Numbered from the stretch's first letter, positions 27,469-36,622 are shown. The stretch is DNA of 46,538 nt from Actinomycetota bacterium (GCA_003134755.1 PLCK01000111.1:680-47217), one strand, 5' to 3'. The notes: generated from the letters alone by a model not told the origin. Translations and numbers: made by a program.

Positions 27469-28293
27469 TTACGGCGAGTTCTTGGTGATCGACCAGCCGC
27501 CGTCGACGAGTAGATCCGCGCCGGTGATGTACGACGCGTCGTCCGATGCCAGGAAAGCGACGGCTGAGGCCACCTCGGCAGCCGTACCCAACCGGCCAAG
27601 CGCGGTGGCACGTTCGGCCGCTTCGATGCCGCTCGGCTCGACGTCGTCCCACAACTGGGTTCGGATCGGCCCGGGCAGCACCGCGTTGACGCGGACTGCT
27701 GGGCCGTACTCGACGGCGAGCTGCCGGACGAGTGCGCAAATCGCGCCCTTGCTTGCCGCGTACGCCGGGTGGCCGGGGAGGCCGAACAGCGCGTGGACGC
27801 TCGAGCTCGCTATGAGCGAACCGCGGCGTTCGACCAGGTCGCCCATGAACGTGCGGGCGGCCAGGTAGAGGCCGGTGAGGTTGACGGCGATCTGTGCGTT
27901 CCAGTCGTCGAGTTCGAGGTCGGTGGCCGAGCCGCGATGCAGGATGAACGCGTTCGAGAACACGACGTCGGCAGGTCCGGCCACGTCGCGGGTGCGAGCG
28001 GCGAGTGCGGCCCAAGCGGTCTCCGACGACACATCGGTATGCGTGTAGTGCGCGCTACCGCCGGCGCCGACGATCTCGGCGCACAGTGCCTCGCCCTGCG
28101 TGTCGGCGATATCGGCCACGATGACGGTGGCGCCTTCGGCACCGAGGCGCAGCGCGGTCGCCGCACCGATCCCGGCCGCTCCGCCGGTCACGACGACGAT
28201 CTTGCCTTCGAACCGTCTCGTCGCCGTGATGGTTGCTCCCTCAGGCAAGTTCGTGACCGGTCGTGCTGTCAACGTAGTCAGGGATGACGCCAT
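27469..28293 (-). CDS. SDR-family oxidoreductase
   Basis: GKIVVVTGGAAGIGAATAL is TGxxxGxG. NAF..SSVHAL..YAASKGAI is the YxxxK catalytic motif. The annotated ATG overlaps the upstream cupin gene by 53 nt; an alternative TTG lies at 28272. Confidence 0.85.
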   Translation of the reverse strand: MASSLTTLTARPVTNLPEGATITATRRFEGKIVVVTGGAAGIGAATALRLGAEGATVIVADIADTQGEALCAEIVGAGGSAHYTHTDVSSETAWAALAARTRDVAGPADVVFSNAFILHRGSATDLELDDWNAQIAVNLTGLYLAARTFMGDLVERRGSLIASSSVHALFGLPGHPAYAASKGAICALVRQLAVEYGPAVRVNAVLPGPIRTQLWDDVEPSGIEAAERATALGRLGTAAEVASAVAFLASDDASYITGADLLVDGGWSITKNSP

Positions 28294-28636
28294 CGTGGCT
28301 GTCGCCCGTGCTCGACGTTCCGGACGGCTCGAACATCAGAACGGCTCCGCCCGGTGACGTCGGCTTGTGTTCGATGCCCTTCGGGACGACGAATACATCG
28401 CCTTCCTTGAGTACGACGGTGGTCTCGGTGCCGACGGAATCGCGCATCGCGATGTCGAACCGCCCGCGCAGCACGAGGAAGAACTCGTCCGTGTCGTCGT
28501 GGGTGTGCCACACATGGTCGCCCGCGGTGTGCGCGATCTTTACGTCGTAGTCGTTCATCGTGGCGACGACACGCGGGCTGTAGACGGCATCGAATGACGC
28601 CAGGGCGGCCGGAAGATTCACACTCTTTGCTTCCAC
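28241..28636 (-). CDS. cupin-domain protein
   Basis: GDHVWHTHDDTDEFFLVLRG..GDVFVVPKGIEHKP shows cupin motifs 1 and 2. Confidence 0.75.
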   Translation of the reverse strand: MEAKSVNLPAALASFDAVYSPRVVATMNDYDVKIAHTAGDHVWHTHDDTDEFFLVLRGRFDIAMRDSVGTETTVVLKEGDVFVVPKGIEHKPTSPGGAVLMFEPSGTSSTGDSHDGVIPDYVDSTTGHELA

Positions 28637-28648
28637 AGCGGACTTCTC

Positions 28649-29272
28649 CTAGGACTCGACGGCCAGCCGAACGCCGAAGGCGACGAGTACGGCTCCGGTC
28701 GCACGGTCGAGCCGGCGGCGGATCTGGGCGTCGTCCATCCACGACGTGACCTTGCCGGCCAGCAGGAGCAGGACGCCGAAGTACACGGCCGTCTCGACGA
28801 CGAACACGGCTCCGAGAAGGAGCGACGTCGCGCCGATGGGTTGCCCGTGCGGGATGAATCCCGGCAGGAAGGTTACGAAGAAGACGCCTACCTTGGGGTT
28901 GAGCAGATCGGTGGCCAGACCTGCGCCGAAGCCGGTGCCCAGCACACTGCGTCGTTTGACTTCACCGGTTGTGGCTTGCGGGCGGCCGGCTGTCCTGGTG
29001 CGGAATGACTGGATACCCAGCCAGACCAGATACCCGGCGCCGGCGATCCGAAGGGCGGTGTAGCCGTCGTGGCTGGCGCGGAGCAGAGCCGACAGGCCGA
29101 GCGCGGCGGCGGCCACCCAGATCATGAGCCCGCTGAGAACGCCGCCGACGCACAACGCCGCGCGGCGACGACCGTCGCGGAGCAGGGTGCGAAGCACGAC
29201 GAGGGTGTCGGGGCCGGGCAGCAGGACGAGCAGGGTTGCGGCGACGCCGAAACTCAGGAGCGCGGTCAGCAT
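28649..29272 (-). CDS. LysE-family amino-acid exporter
   Basis: ATG at 29272 within a longer ORF. MLTALLSFGVAATLLVLLPGPDTLVVL.. and LNPKVGVFFVTFLPGF are typical LysE/RhtB signatures. Confidence 0.8.
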   Translation of the reverse strand: MLTALLSFGVAATLLVLLPGPDTLVVLRTLLRDGRRRAALCVGGVLSGLMIWVAAAALGLSALLRASHDGYTALRIAGAGYLVWLGIQSFRTRTAGRPQATTGEVKRRSVLGTGFGAGLATDLLNPKVGVFFVTFLPGFIPHGQPIGATSLLLGAVFVVETAVYFGVLLLLAGKVTSWMDDAQIRRRLDRATGAVLVAFGVRLAVES

Positions 29273-29369
29273 AAGAACAGTCTGCCGGTCGATCGCCGTG
29301 GGCTGCCACCCACTTCGTGGGACGATGCGGCGACACGGTCGAGCGCCGGTCGCCGAGGACAGGAGGCCG

Positions 29370-30398
29370 ATGGCCGAGCCCAGAACCGCCAGGCCGGGCA
29401 GCCGTCCCACGGTGTGGGCGGTGGCCGCGGCGGCGGGTGTGTCCAAGACGACGGTTTCGCGGGTCCTCACCGGATCGCCACGGGTGAGCACCGAGGCCCG
29501 GGAGGCCGTCACGAAAGCCATCGACGAACTCGGTTACATACCGAATCGAGCGGCCCGTTCCCTCGTCACGCGGCGAACGGACACGATCGCGCTGATCGTC
29601 TCCGAACCGGAAGCGCGGCTGTTCTCCGAGCCGTTCTTCGCGGGCACCGTTCGGGGCATCAATCAGACGCTCGCGCGGACTGAGTATGCCTTCGTATTGC
29701 TCAGTTGCGAGGGCGATACGTCCCGGGTGGAGCGCTACGTCAGGAACGGACACGCGGACGGCGTGATCTTGATGTCGTCGCACCGGCAAGACCCGCTGCT
29801 GCCGTTGCTGAGCAACTCGAAGATACCGGCCGTGCTGACCGGTCGGCCGTTTCCCGGTACCACGTTTCCGTACGTCGACGCCGACAACAGAAACGGCGCG
29901 GCCGAAGCGGTCGCGCACCTCGTCGCACGCGGCCGTCGCAACATTGCCACCATTGCTGGGCCGGCAGACATGCCCGTCGGCGTCGACCGCCTCGACGGAT
30001 TCCGAGATGCGCTACCTGCATCGGCGAAACGCTCGTGGCGCCGCATGGTCGCGCACGGTGACTTCAGCGAGGACAGCGGCGAGCGCGCGATGCACGAGTT
30101 GCTTGCCCGAGTCCCAGACATCGACGCCGTGTTTGCTGCGAGCGACCTCATGGCCATCGGTGCAATGCGCATGCTGCGGGCAGCAGGGAAGCGGGTTCCG
30201 CGCGACGTCGCCATCGTCGGATTCGACGACTCGCACTACGCGCGGCTCGCCGATCCACAGTTGACGACGGTTCGGCAACCGATGGAGGAGATCGGGCGGG
30301 CGCTCGCCGCCGTGCTCCTCACCCAGCTCGATGACCCAACTCGTCGACCGGCGTCGCTCATCGTTCCGACCGAACTGATCGTGCGAGGGTCGACCTAG
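29370..30398 (+). CDS. LacI-family transcriptional regulator (CebR-like by context)
   Basis: AGGAGG RBS and ATG at 29370. PTVWAVAAAAGVSKTTVSRVLTGSPRVSTEAREAVTKAIDELGYIPNRAARSL is a LacI HTH, followed by a periplasmic-binding-fold C-terminus. Confidence 0.9.
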   Translation: MAEPRTARPGSRPTVWAVAAAAGVSKTTVSRVLTGSPRVSTEAREAVTKAIDELGYIPNRAARSLVTRRTDTIALIVSEPEARLFSEPFFAGTVRGINQTLARTEYAFVLLSCEGDTSRVERYVRNGHADGVILMSSHRQDPLLPLLSNSKIPAVLTGRPFPGTTFPYVDADNRNGAAEAVAHLVARGRRNIATIAGPADMPVGVDRLDGFRDALPASAKRSWRRMVAHGDFSEDSGERAMHELLARVPDIDAVFAASDLMAIGAMRMLRAAGKRVPRDVAIVGFDDSHYARLADPQLTTVRQPMEEIGRALAAVLLTQLDDPTRRPASLIVPTELIVRGST

Positions 30399-30408
30399 AC
30401 GCAGGAGC

Positions 30409-31851
30409 CTACGGTGTCGGCACGGCGTTGTTGCGCGCCGTCCGGGCGAAGAACTTGCCGCTGTCCTTGGTGGTTCGCTCCTGCGAATCGAAATCGACGT
30501 AGACGACACCGAACCGCTTGGAGTACCCGTACGACCACTCGAAGTTGTCCAGCAACGACCAGACGTAGTAGCCGCGGACGTCGGCGCCGTCGGCTATCGC
30601 GTCATGAACGGCAGCGAAGTGTTCGCCGAGGTATTGCACCCGCTCGGGGTCGTGCACCTGCCCGTCGGCGTCGACGACGTCGTCATAGGCTGCGCCATTC
30701 TCGGTGATGTACATCGGCGTGTGGTGATCGCTCCACAATCGTGCGAGCAGGTCGCGTAGCCCGGTGGCGTCGACGGGCCACCCCATCGCGGTGTGCCGTC
30801 CAGGCCGGTCGAGGAACTGGACGTCGGCGCAGCCCGGCCATGGATCGCCGGCGCCGTCGCCATGGCCGTCGGCATGTGCACGCGGCTTCACGCCGTCGTA
30901 GTGCGCGACGATCACCGGGTTGTAGTAGTTCACTCCGAGGACGTCGATGGGCGTCGCGATGATCGGCAGGTCGCCGTCCTGGACGTGGCTCCAGTCGGAT
31001 ACCTCGGCCGTGAAGGCCCGCACGTCGTCGGGGTAGCGACCGCGAAACAGCGGGTCGAGCCAGATCCGGTTCTGCAGCCCGTCGACCTTGCTGGCCGCCC
31101 GCGCGTCGTCAGCCGACGACGTCGCCGGCCGCGCGACGGCCGGGTTGAGAGTGATCGCGAGCTGTGCCTTCGCCGGCAACGCCGCACGCAACGCCTGTAT
31201 CGCCAGACCGTGCCCCAGCAGGAGATGGTGGACGGCGGCGAGCGCCTCTGCACCGTCGGTGTGACCTGGGGCGTGCACGCCGGCGGCGTAGCCCAGAAAG
31301 GCTGAGCACCACGGTTCGTTCAGCGTTGTCCAGTATGCGACCCGGTCACCGAGTGCGTCGGCCATGACCGCGGCGTAGTCGGCGAAGCGGTACGCGGTAT
31401 CGCGGACGGTCCAACCACCCGCGTCTTGCAGTTCTTGCGGCAGGTCCCAGTGGTAGAGCGTCAACGTCGGGGTGATGTTGCGGGCAAGCAGCTCGTCGAC
31501 CAGGCGGGAGTAGAAATCGATACCTTCGCGGTTGATGGGTCCGGTGCCGGTGGGGATGACACGCGACCATGACGTCGAGAAGCGGTAGGCAGCGGCACCG
31601 AGCTCGGCCATGAGTGCCACGTCGTCGCGGTAGCGGTGGTAGTGGTCGGCCGCGACGTCGCCGGTGTCGCCGGCGAAGACCTTGCCGGGCGTGTGGCTGA
31701 ACGTGTCCCAGATGGACGGCGTCCGGCCGCCTTCGGCCGCGCCTCCCTCGATCTGGTAGGCCGCAGTCGCCGTCCCCCAGACGAAGCCGTCCGGAAAGAC
31801 GAGCGCGGACCCCTCGACGGTTGAGTCCTCCACCGCATCGAGCTGAGTCAT
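30409..31851 (-). CDS. GH1 beta-glucosidase
   Basis: FPDGFVWGTATAAYQIEGG.., TLNEPW (acid/base Glu) and YITENGAAY (nucleophile Glu). The ATG overlaps the upstream permease stop (ATGA). The rest of the 667-aa ORF is an artefact. Confidence 0.92.
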   Translation of the reverse strand: MTQLDAVEDSTVEGSALVFPDGFVWGTATAAYQIEGGAAEGGRTPSIWDTFSHTPGKVFAGDTGDVAADHYHRYRDDVALMAELGAAAYRFSTSWSRVIPTGTGPINREGIDFYSRLVDELLARNITPTLTLYHWDLPQELQDAGGWTVRDTAYRFADYAAVMADALGDRVAYWTTLNEPWCSAFLGYAAGVHAPGHTDGAEALAAVHHLLLGHGLAIQALRAALPAKAQLAITLNPAVARPATSSADDARAASKVDGLQNRIWLDPLFRGRYPDDVRAFTAEVSDWSHVQDGDLPIIATPIDVLGVNYYNPVIVAHYDGVKPRAHADGHGDGAGDPWPGCADVQFLDRPGRHTAMGWPVDATGLRDLLARLWSDHHTPMYITENGAAYDDVVDADGQVHDPERVQYLGEHFAAVHDAIADGADVRGYYVWSLLDNFEWSYGYSKRFGVVYVDFDSQERTTKDSGKFFARTARNNAVPTP

Positions 31852-32753
31852 CCCTTTACCGCTCCCTGCATGATTCCTCCGACAATCTGGCGCCCCAGCA
31901 GGGCGAATACGACGAGCACGGGGAAGGTTCCGAGGAGAGTGCCTCCCATGATGACGGCTTGTTGTGGGATGTACCCGGATCCGAGGCCGGCGAGACCGAC
32001 CTGGACCGTCGGATTGCGGCTGGTCAAAGCGAGCAACGGCCAGAAGAAGTCGTTCCATGACGCCAGAAACGTGAGCATTCCTAATACTGCCATCGCGGGC
32101 CGCGCGATAGGGACGACGATCGACCGAAAGATGCGAAACGTCGAGGCGCCGTCGACCCAGCCGGCTTCGAGGATCTCGGTCGGAATCGCGTTCGTCAGGT
32201 ACTGCCGCATGAAGAACACGCCGAAGGCCGACACCAGAGTCGGGAGAACGACTGATTGGAGGTGGTTTACCCAGTGCAGCTTGGCGATCAGCAGGAACAG
32301 CGGGATCACGCCGAGCTGCGGCGGAATTGCCATGGTCGCGATCGTGAGTGCGAGCAGTGCGCGGCTCCCCCGGAAGCGCAGCTTCGCGAACGCGAAACCA
32401 CTGAGGGTGCAAAACAGCACGGTCCCGATCGCCGTGCAGCCGGACACGATCAAGGAGTTCACGATTGCTTTCAGCAACGGCTGCTCGTGCAGGGCGAGCC
32501 GGATGTTGTGGAACATCGACGAGTTGGGCAGAAACGGAGGCGGCACCTGCGCCATCTCATGGTTCGTGTGCGACGCGATGATCATCGTGTAGTAGAGCGG
32601 GAACACGGCAACGACGGTTGTGATCGCAAGAATGAGATACGTATAAGGCCCGGCGGTGAACTGCCGGCCGGCGCGCGTGCCACGAATGCGGAGCCGGCCG
32701 GGCGCCCCGGCCTCGGTGTTCGAGTTCCCAGGATTCAGTGTCTGCGTCGCCAT
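31848..32753 (-). CDS. carbohydrate ABC transporter permease (MalG/CebG-like)
   Basis: Six TM helices and an EAA-like loop: IPTEILEAGWVDGASTFRIFRSIVVPIARP. Confidence 0.88.
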   Translation of the reverse strand: MATQTLNPGNSNTEAGAPGRLRIRGTRAGRQFTAGPYTYLILAITTVVAVFPLYYTMIIASHTNHEMAQVPPPFLPNSSMFHNIRLALHEQPLLKAIVNSLIVSGCTAIGTVLFCTLSGFAFAKLRFRGSRALLALTIATMAIPPQLGVIPLFLLIAKLHWVNHLQSVVLPTLVSAFGVFFMRQYLTNAIPTEILEAGWVDGASTFRIFRSIVVPIARPAMAVLGMLTFLASWNDFFWPLLALTSRNPTVQVGLAGLGSGYIPQQAVIMGGTLLGTFPVLVVFALLGRQIVGGIMQGAVKG

Positions 32754-32764
32754 CGTCTGCCTTC

Positions 32765-33724
32765 CTATCCGCGTCGCGAACGTCCGCGTGCGAGCGCGGC
32801 ATTGATGCACACCAGGACGACGATGATGAGCAGCATCGTCCAGGCTGTTGCCGCCGCCTGGCCGAGGTGGAAGTTCGTCCAGCCCTGCTGGTACATGAAG
32901 AGCGCGAGCGTCTGATATTGATGCTCCCCGCCACCGTTCGTTGTGCCATCACCTGCGAACAGGTACGGCTCGGCGAACATCTGCATCGCACCGATCGTCG
33001 ACAGCACGATCGTGAAGAGGATCGTCGGTCGTAGCGCAGGCACGGTCACGTTGCGGAACTGCTGCCAGCGGTTGCTGCCGTCGATTGCGGCCGCCTCGTA
33101 CAGCTCGCTGGGAATGGATTGCATGGCGGCGAGATAGATCAGCGCGTTGTAGCCGGTCCAACGCCAGGTCACGATCGCCGATATTGCTACCTGAGACTGC
33201 CAACGAGTGCCGTTCGTCCAGTTCGTGTGATGCACCCCGAGCAGGTGTAGGAACCAGTTGATAAGGCCATAGTCGCGCCCGAACAGCTGTGCGAAGATGA
33301 GCGTCGCTGCGACGACTGACGTGGCGTACGGCATGAGCATCGCGACCCGGAAGAACGTGCGGCCACGCATCTTGTAGTTCAGCAGATGCGCGAGGCCGAG
33401 GGCCATGCACAGTTGCGGAACCGTCGAGATGACGCCGATCGAAAGCGTGTTGCGTAGTGCGTTCCAGAAGAACTCGTTGTGCCACAGTGCGACGTAGTTG
33501 TGCAGCCCGATCCACGTCGAGTGATGCAGGTTCTCGAGGTTGACGCTGTGCAGCGAAACCCAGCCGGTGTAGATGAGCGGGTAGAGACCGAATGCGCCGA
33601 ATACCAGGAAGAACGGTGACACGTACGCATAGGCAGCTCGCGAGCCGAGAGCACTGGCTCGCTTTCTCCGAGCCCCGACCCGCGTTGTGCGCAGGTCGTG
33701 GGCCGGCTCGCTCAGAGCTGTCAT
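32765..33724 (-). CDS. carbohydrate ABC transporter permease (MalF/CebF-like)
   Basis: AYAYVSPFFLVFGAFGLYPLIYTGWVSLH and the EAA loop IPSELYEAAAIDGSNRWQQFRNVTVPALRP. Confidence 0.88.
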   Translation of the reverse strand: MTALSEPAHDLRTTRVGARRKRASALGSRAAYAYVSPFFLVFGAFGLYPLIYTGWVSLHSVNLENLHHSTWIGLHNYVALWHNEFFWNALRNTLSIGVISTVPQLCMALGLAHLLNYKMRGRTFFRVAMLMPYATSVVAATLIFAQLFGRDYGLINWFLHLLGVHHTNWTNGTRWQSQVAISAIVTWRWTGYNALIYLAAMQSIPSELYEAAAIDGSNRWQQFRNVTVPALRPTILFTIVLSTIGAMQMFAEPYLFAGDGTTNGGGEHQYQTLALFMYQQGWTNFHLGQAAATAWTMLLIIVVLVCINAALARGRSRRG

Positions 33725-33738
33725 TCGATTCCCTTTGT

Positions 33739-33784
33739 GCGGCCTGGCGACGGGGCGGCCTGGCGACTGTGCGGGCCTGGCGAC
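33739..33784. repeat. three tandem copies of GCGG(G)CCTGGCGAC (period ~16 nt)
   Basis: Copies at 33739-33751, 33755-33767 and 33771-33784, inside the 160-nt SBP/permease intercistronic gap. Confidence 0.8.
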
Positions 33785-33848
33785 ACCCCCAGGGAGGGGA
33801 TCCCGGGGATGCCGCCAGGTCGATCTGCTGGACCTGTCCGGTCACGGT

Positions 33849-33872
33849 CCCGGCGAGCCTAAGCTCGCCGGG
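33849..33872 (-). other. intercistronic stem-loop just after the SBP gene (10-bp stem, 4-nt loop)
   Basis: CCCGGCGAGC-CTAA-GCTCGCCGGG. Starts 13 nt downstream of the SBP stop (33885). There is no U-tract, so a processing/stability hairpin is more likely than a full terminator. Confidence 0.5.
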
Positions 33873-33884
33873 CCCGCTACCGGA

Positions 33885-35291
33885 TCAGCCCCCGGTGACC
33901 TGCGCGATGTTCTTCAACGCGTCGCTGAACGCCTTCGCCGGATCGGCGCCCTTGGTCTCCACGTTGGTAAGCGACGTGTCGATAGCGTTTTGGATCTGTG
34001 TGTCGTACGGACCGATCGGGACCATCTTCAACTTGCTCGCCGAGTCACCAAAGATCTGGCCGATCGGCGCCTTGTTGAAGTAGTCACTGGTCGCCGACGC
34101 AACCGCCGGGTCCTTCGCCGCAGTCGACGACGACGGGAAGTGACCTTGCGAGGTCCACATCGTGACCTGCTGTGCGGGTGCTGTCAGCCATTCGGCGAGA
34201 GCTTCGGCCGCGGCCTGGTTCTTGCCCGCCTTCGGGACGCCGAGCCAGGAACCGCCCCAGTTGGCAGCTCCACCCGGCAGGTTCGCGATGTCCCAGTCGC
34301 CGGAAACGGCCTGGCCGGCCTGCGACGTGATGTAGCCAGTCATCCACGACGGGCAGGAGATCGTCGCAAAGGCCCCATTGGCGAATGCCTGGTTCCATGG
34401 CGTCGAGAACTGCGACAGACCCGCGGTGATCTTGGCTTGGGCGGCCTTGGTCGCGAGCGCCCACGCGTTCTTCACGCCATCGGAGTTCGCCACGTCGGGC
34501 TTTCCAGCCGTGGTGTCGTACTGCTCCGTCCCTTGGGTGACCGCGGCGTTGAAGATGCTCCCCGCCGAGTCCAAGAACTGGCCCTTCTTGCCTGCGGCTG
34601 CCTCGTACTGCTGACCGAACTTGATGAAGCCATCCCAGGTCGCCCACTGCTGGTTAAGGGTTGCGCGGTCGGACGGGAGGCCGGCGGCCTTCAACAAGTC
34701 GGGGCGGTAACACATAGCTTCAGGGCCTGCATCGGTACCGAGGCCGATGGTCTGCTTGCCGTCGGCGGTGCTTGCCATCGACCATTTCCAGTCGTAGAAG
34801 GTGCTCTTCAACTGCGGGCCCTCGGGCAGCGAGTTGAAGTCGACGAACTGGTCAGCGTGGTTGGCCGTGACGTCGGCGACGAAGCCGATCTCGAGCGCCT
34901 GAATGTCGTCGAGGCCGGAGCCGGCCGCGAGGTGTGTCTGCAGCGCCTTGTAGTAGTCGGCGGACTGCTCGACGGTGTCTTCCTTGATGGTGACGTTCGG
35001 GTGCAGCTTCGAGTAGGCGGCGTAGAGACCGGCCTCCTTGTAGCCGAAAGTGCCGAAATCACCGACGGTGATCGTCACGGGAGCCCCGCCTGCGTCGGCG
35101 GGTGACGATGCCGCCGCCGAGGCGGGTGCGGGTGCCGACGCCGACGCGGCCGCCGTCGTGCTCGTCGTTGCACTCGGAGATGACGAGCTCGCCGTCTTGG
35201 ACTTGGACGACGAGCAACCGGCGATTACGACGGACGCCGCTATCAACGCGCTGAGTGTCACCAGTTGGCCGCTAGGCCGCCTATGAGCCAT
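33885..35291 (-). CDS. sugar ABC transporter substrate-binding lipoprotein (CebE-like)
   Basis: MAHRRPSGQLVTLSALIAASVVIAGCSSS is a lipobox. The fold looks like family-1 extracellular solute-binding proteins. Start is 35291 (better GGAGGA spacing) or 35297. Confidence 0.88.
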   Translation of the reverse strand: MAHRRPSGQLVTLSALIAASVVIAGCSSSKSKTASSSSPSATTSTTAAASASAPAPASAAASSPADAGGAPVTITVGDFGTFGYKEAGLYAAYSKLHPNVTIKEDTVEQSADYYKALQTHLAAGSGLDDIQALEIGFVADVTANHADQFVDFNSLPEGPQLKSTFYDWKWSMASTADGKQTIGLGTDAGPEAMCYRPDLLKAAGLPSDRATLNQQWATWDGFIKFGQQYEAAAGKKGQFLDSAGSIFNAAVTQGTEQYDTTAGKPDVANSDGVKNAWALATKAAQAKITAGLSQFSTPWNQAFANGAFATISCPSWMTGYITSQAGQAVSGDWDIANLPGGAANWGGSWLGVPKAGKNQAAAEALAEWLTAPAQQVTMWTSQGHFPSSSTAAKDPAVASATSDYFNKAPIGQIFGDSASKLKMVPIGPYDTQIQNAIDTSLTNVETKGADPAKAFSDALKNIAQVTGG

Positions 35292-35364
35292 GTACATGGA
35301 TCCTCCCTGAGAGTCCTCACTGAGGACCCGATGCGAATGAGACACGATCCGGAGCCGCCAGGTG

Positions 35365-35378
35365 TGGGCACGTTCCCA
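35365..35378. promoter_or_regulatory. CebR-box-like LacI operator TGGGCACGTTCCCA
   Basis: A 14-bp near-palindrome resembling the Streptomyces CebR operator TGGGAGCGCTCCCA. Lies in the divergent SBP/ROK promoter region. Confidence 0.6.
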
Positions 35379-35397
35379 CGCCGGTCGGGCCAAAGTG

Positions 35398-35411
35398 TGG
35401 GATCGTTCCCC
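35398..35411. promoter_or_regulatory. CebR-box-like operator TGGGATCGTTCCCC
   Basis: Second copy of the same motif, 33 nt from the first. Confidence 0.5.
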
Positions 35412-35487
35412 CGATGGTGTCAAGGACTACCTGGCAGACCGTGTCCATACCGAAACAAATGTCGATGGGCGCTGGCTTAGCTCTCGA

Positions 35488-35501
35488 GGGGCACGTTCCC
35501 A
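35488..35501. promoter_or_regulatory. CebR-box-like operator GGGGCACGTTCCCA
   Basis: Third copy. Its 12-nt core GGCACGTTCCCA is identical to box 1. Lies 83 nt upstream of the ROK start. Confidence 0.55.
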
Positions 35502-35583
35502 CACATCGTCCGGAAATCACCCGAACGCACGAACGTCGGGATATGGGCAGGCTTACAATCCGGTCAACCGATTTGGAGGCGAG

Positions 35584-36615
35584 ATGGAGCCCCTGCGCGA
35601 CCGAGACTGGGTGGTCGTCGGGCTCGACAACGGGGGCACCTGCAATAACGCCACCGTGTTGACCGAGGCCGGTGAGTTCCTCGTCGACCAACTCGTCGAG
35701 ACCGACAGCAGAGTGAAAGACGGGCCCGAGGTCGCAGTGGCCAGTCTGGCCGCCAGCCTCGACCGGATCCTCGACCTCACCGGCACCCCACGTGAGTCCG
35801 TGCGTGCGATCGGCCTCGACACCCCCGGCCCGGCGAGCGCCGACGGCGTCATCTCGTCGAAGGGCGGCACGAACTTCTCCCATGCCGGATGGCGTGGGTA
35901 CGACTTCCGGCGGGCTCTCGAGCTACGGATCGGGCTTCCAGTCGTCTACAACAACGATGGGAACGCGGCTGCGCTCTACGCCCACCACGTGTTCTTCGGT
36001 GATCGCGCGTCCGAGAATTCGTCCGTCTCGGCAATCGTCGGCACCGGTCTTGGCGGCGGCATTGTCGAAGCTGGCCGCATCGTCCACGGCGCGGCGGGAA
36101 TGGCGGGCGAACTCGGCCACGTGCACATTCCGATGGAAGGGCTGCTCGCGTCGGGGCAGCCGACGCCGTCCTGCAACTGCGGCTTTGTCGGTGACGCAGA
36201 GAGCGTTGCCTCACTCACCGCGATCGAGAACAACCTGCTGCCGTTCTGGTTGACGAGGTACCCCGGCCACCCACTCGCCGCGCTCGACCCGCACCATGCA
36301 GCGAAGCTGGTGCGCGGTCTGGCCCAGCACGGCGATCCGCTGGCGCTCGAGATCTTCGAGCAGCAGGCCATGGCCATCGGTCGCCTCTTCACCATCGCCA
36401 GCAACTTCAGCGATCCGGGCGCCTACTTTGTGGGTGGCGGCGTCGTCGAGACGGTGCAGGAGTTCCGAGACTGGTTCATCGAGCGGGTGCGCGCCCACAC
36501 TGCGCTCCGGGGTGAGCAAATCGACGTGGCTCAGTTCGCTGTCGTGCCCGACCTCGACATGGCTGGCGCTCGGGGCGCCGCGATCGCAGCGCGCACGGTC
36601 GTCCTCGGAGATTGA
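35584..36615 (+). CDS. ROK-family sugar kinase
   Basis: GGAGG RBS. VVVGLDNGGTCNNATV is the N-terminal ATP motif. VVYNNDGNAAAL and GELGHVHIP..CNCGFVGDAES form the ROK zinc motif, with the third Cys replaced by Asp. Confidence 0.85.
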   Translation: MEPLRDRDWVVVGLDNGGTCNNATVLTEAGEFLVDQLVETDSRVKDGPEVAVASLAASLDRILDLTGTPRESVRAIGLDTPGPASADGVISSKGGTNFSHAGWRGYDFRRALELRIGLPVVYNNDGNAAALYAHHVFFGDRASENSSVSAIVGTGLGGGIVEAGRIVHGAAGMAGELGHVHIPMEGLLASGQPTPSCNCGFVGDAESVASLTAIENNLLPFWLTRYPGHPLAALDPHHAAKLVRGLAQHGDPLALEIFEQQAMAIGRLFTIASNFSDPGAYFVGGGVVETVQEFRDWFIERVRAHTALRGEQIDVAQFAVVPDLDMAGARGAAIAARTVVLGD

Positions 36616-36622
36616 CCGGCGA

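Noticed and set aside
30409-32412. A 667-aa ORF suggesting a much longer GH1 protein.
   Set aside because: The first 187 codons overlap the permease gene in another frame and are Arg/Pro-rich. The ATG at 31851 forms an ATGA coupling with the permease stop and begins the canonical GH1 N-terminus.
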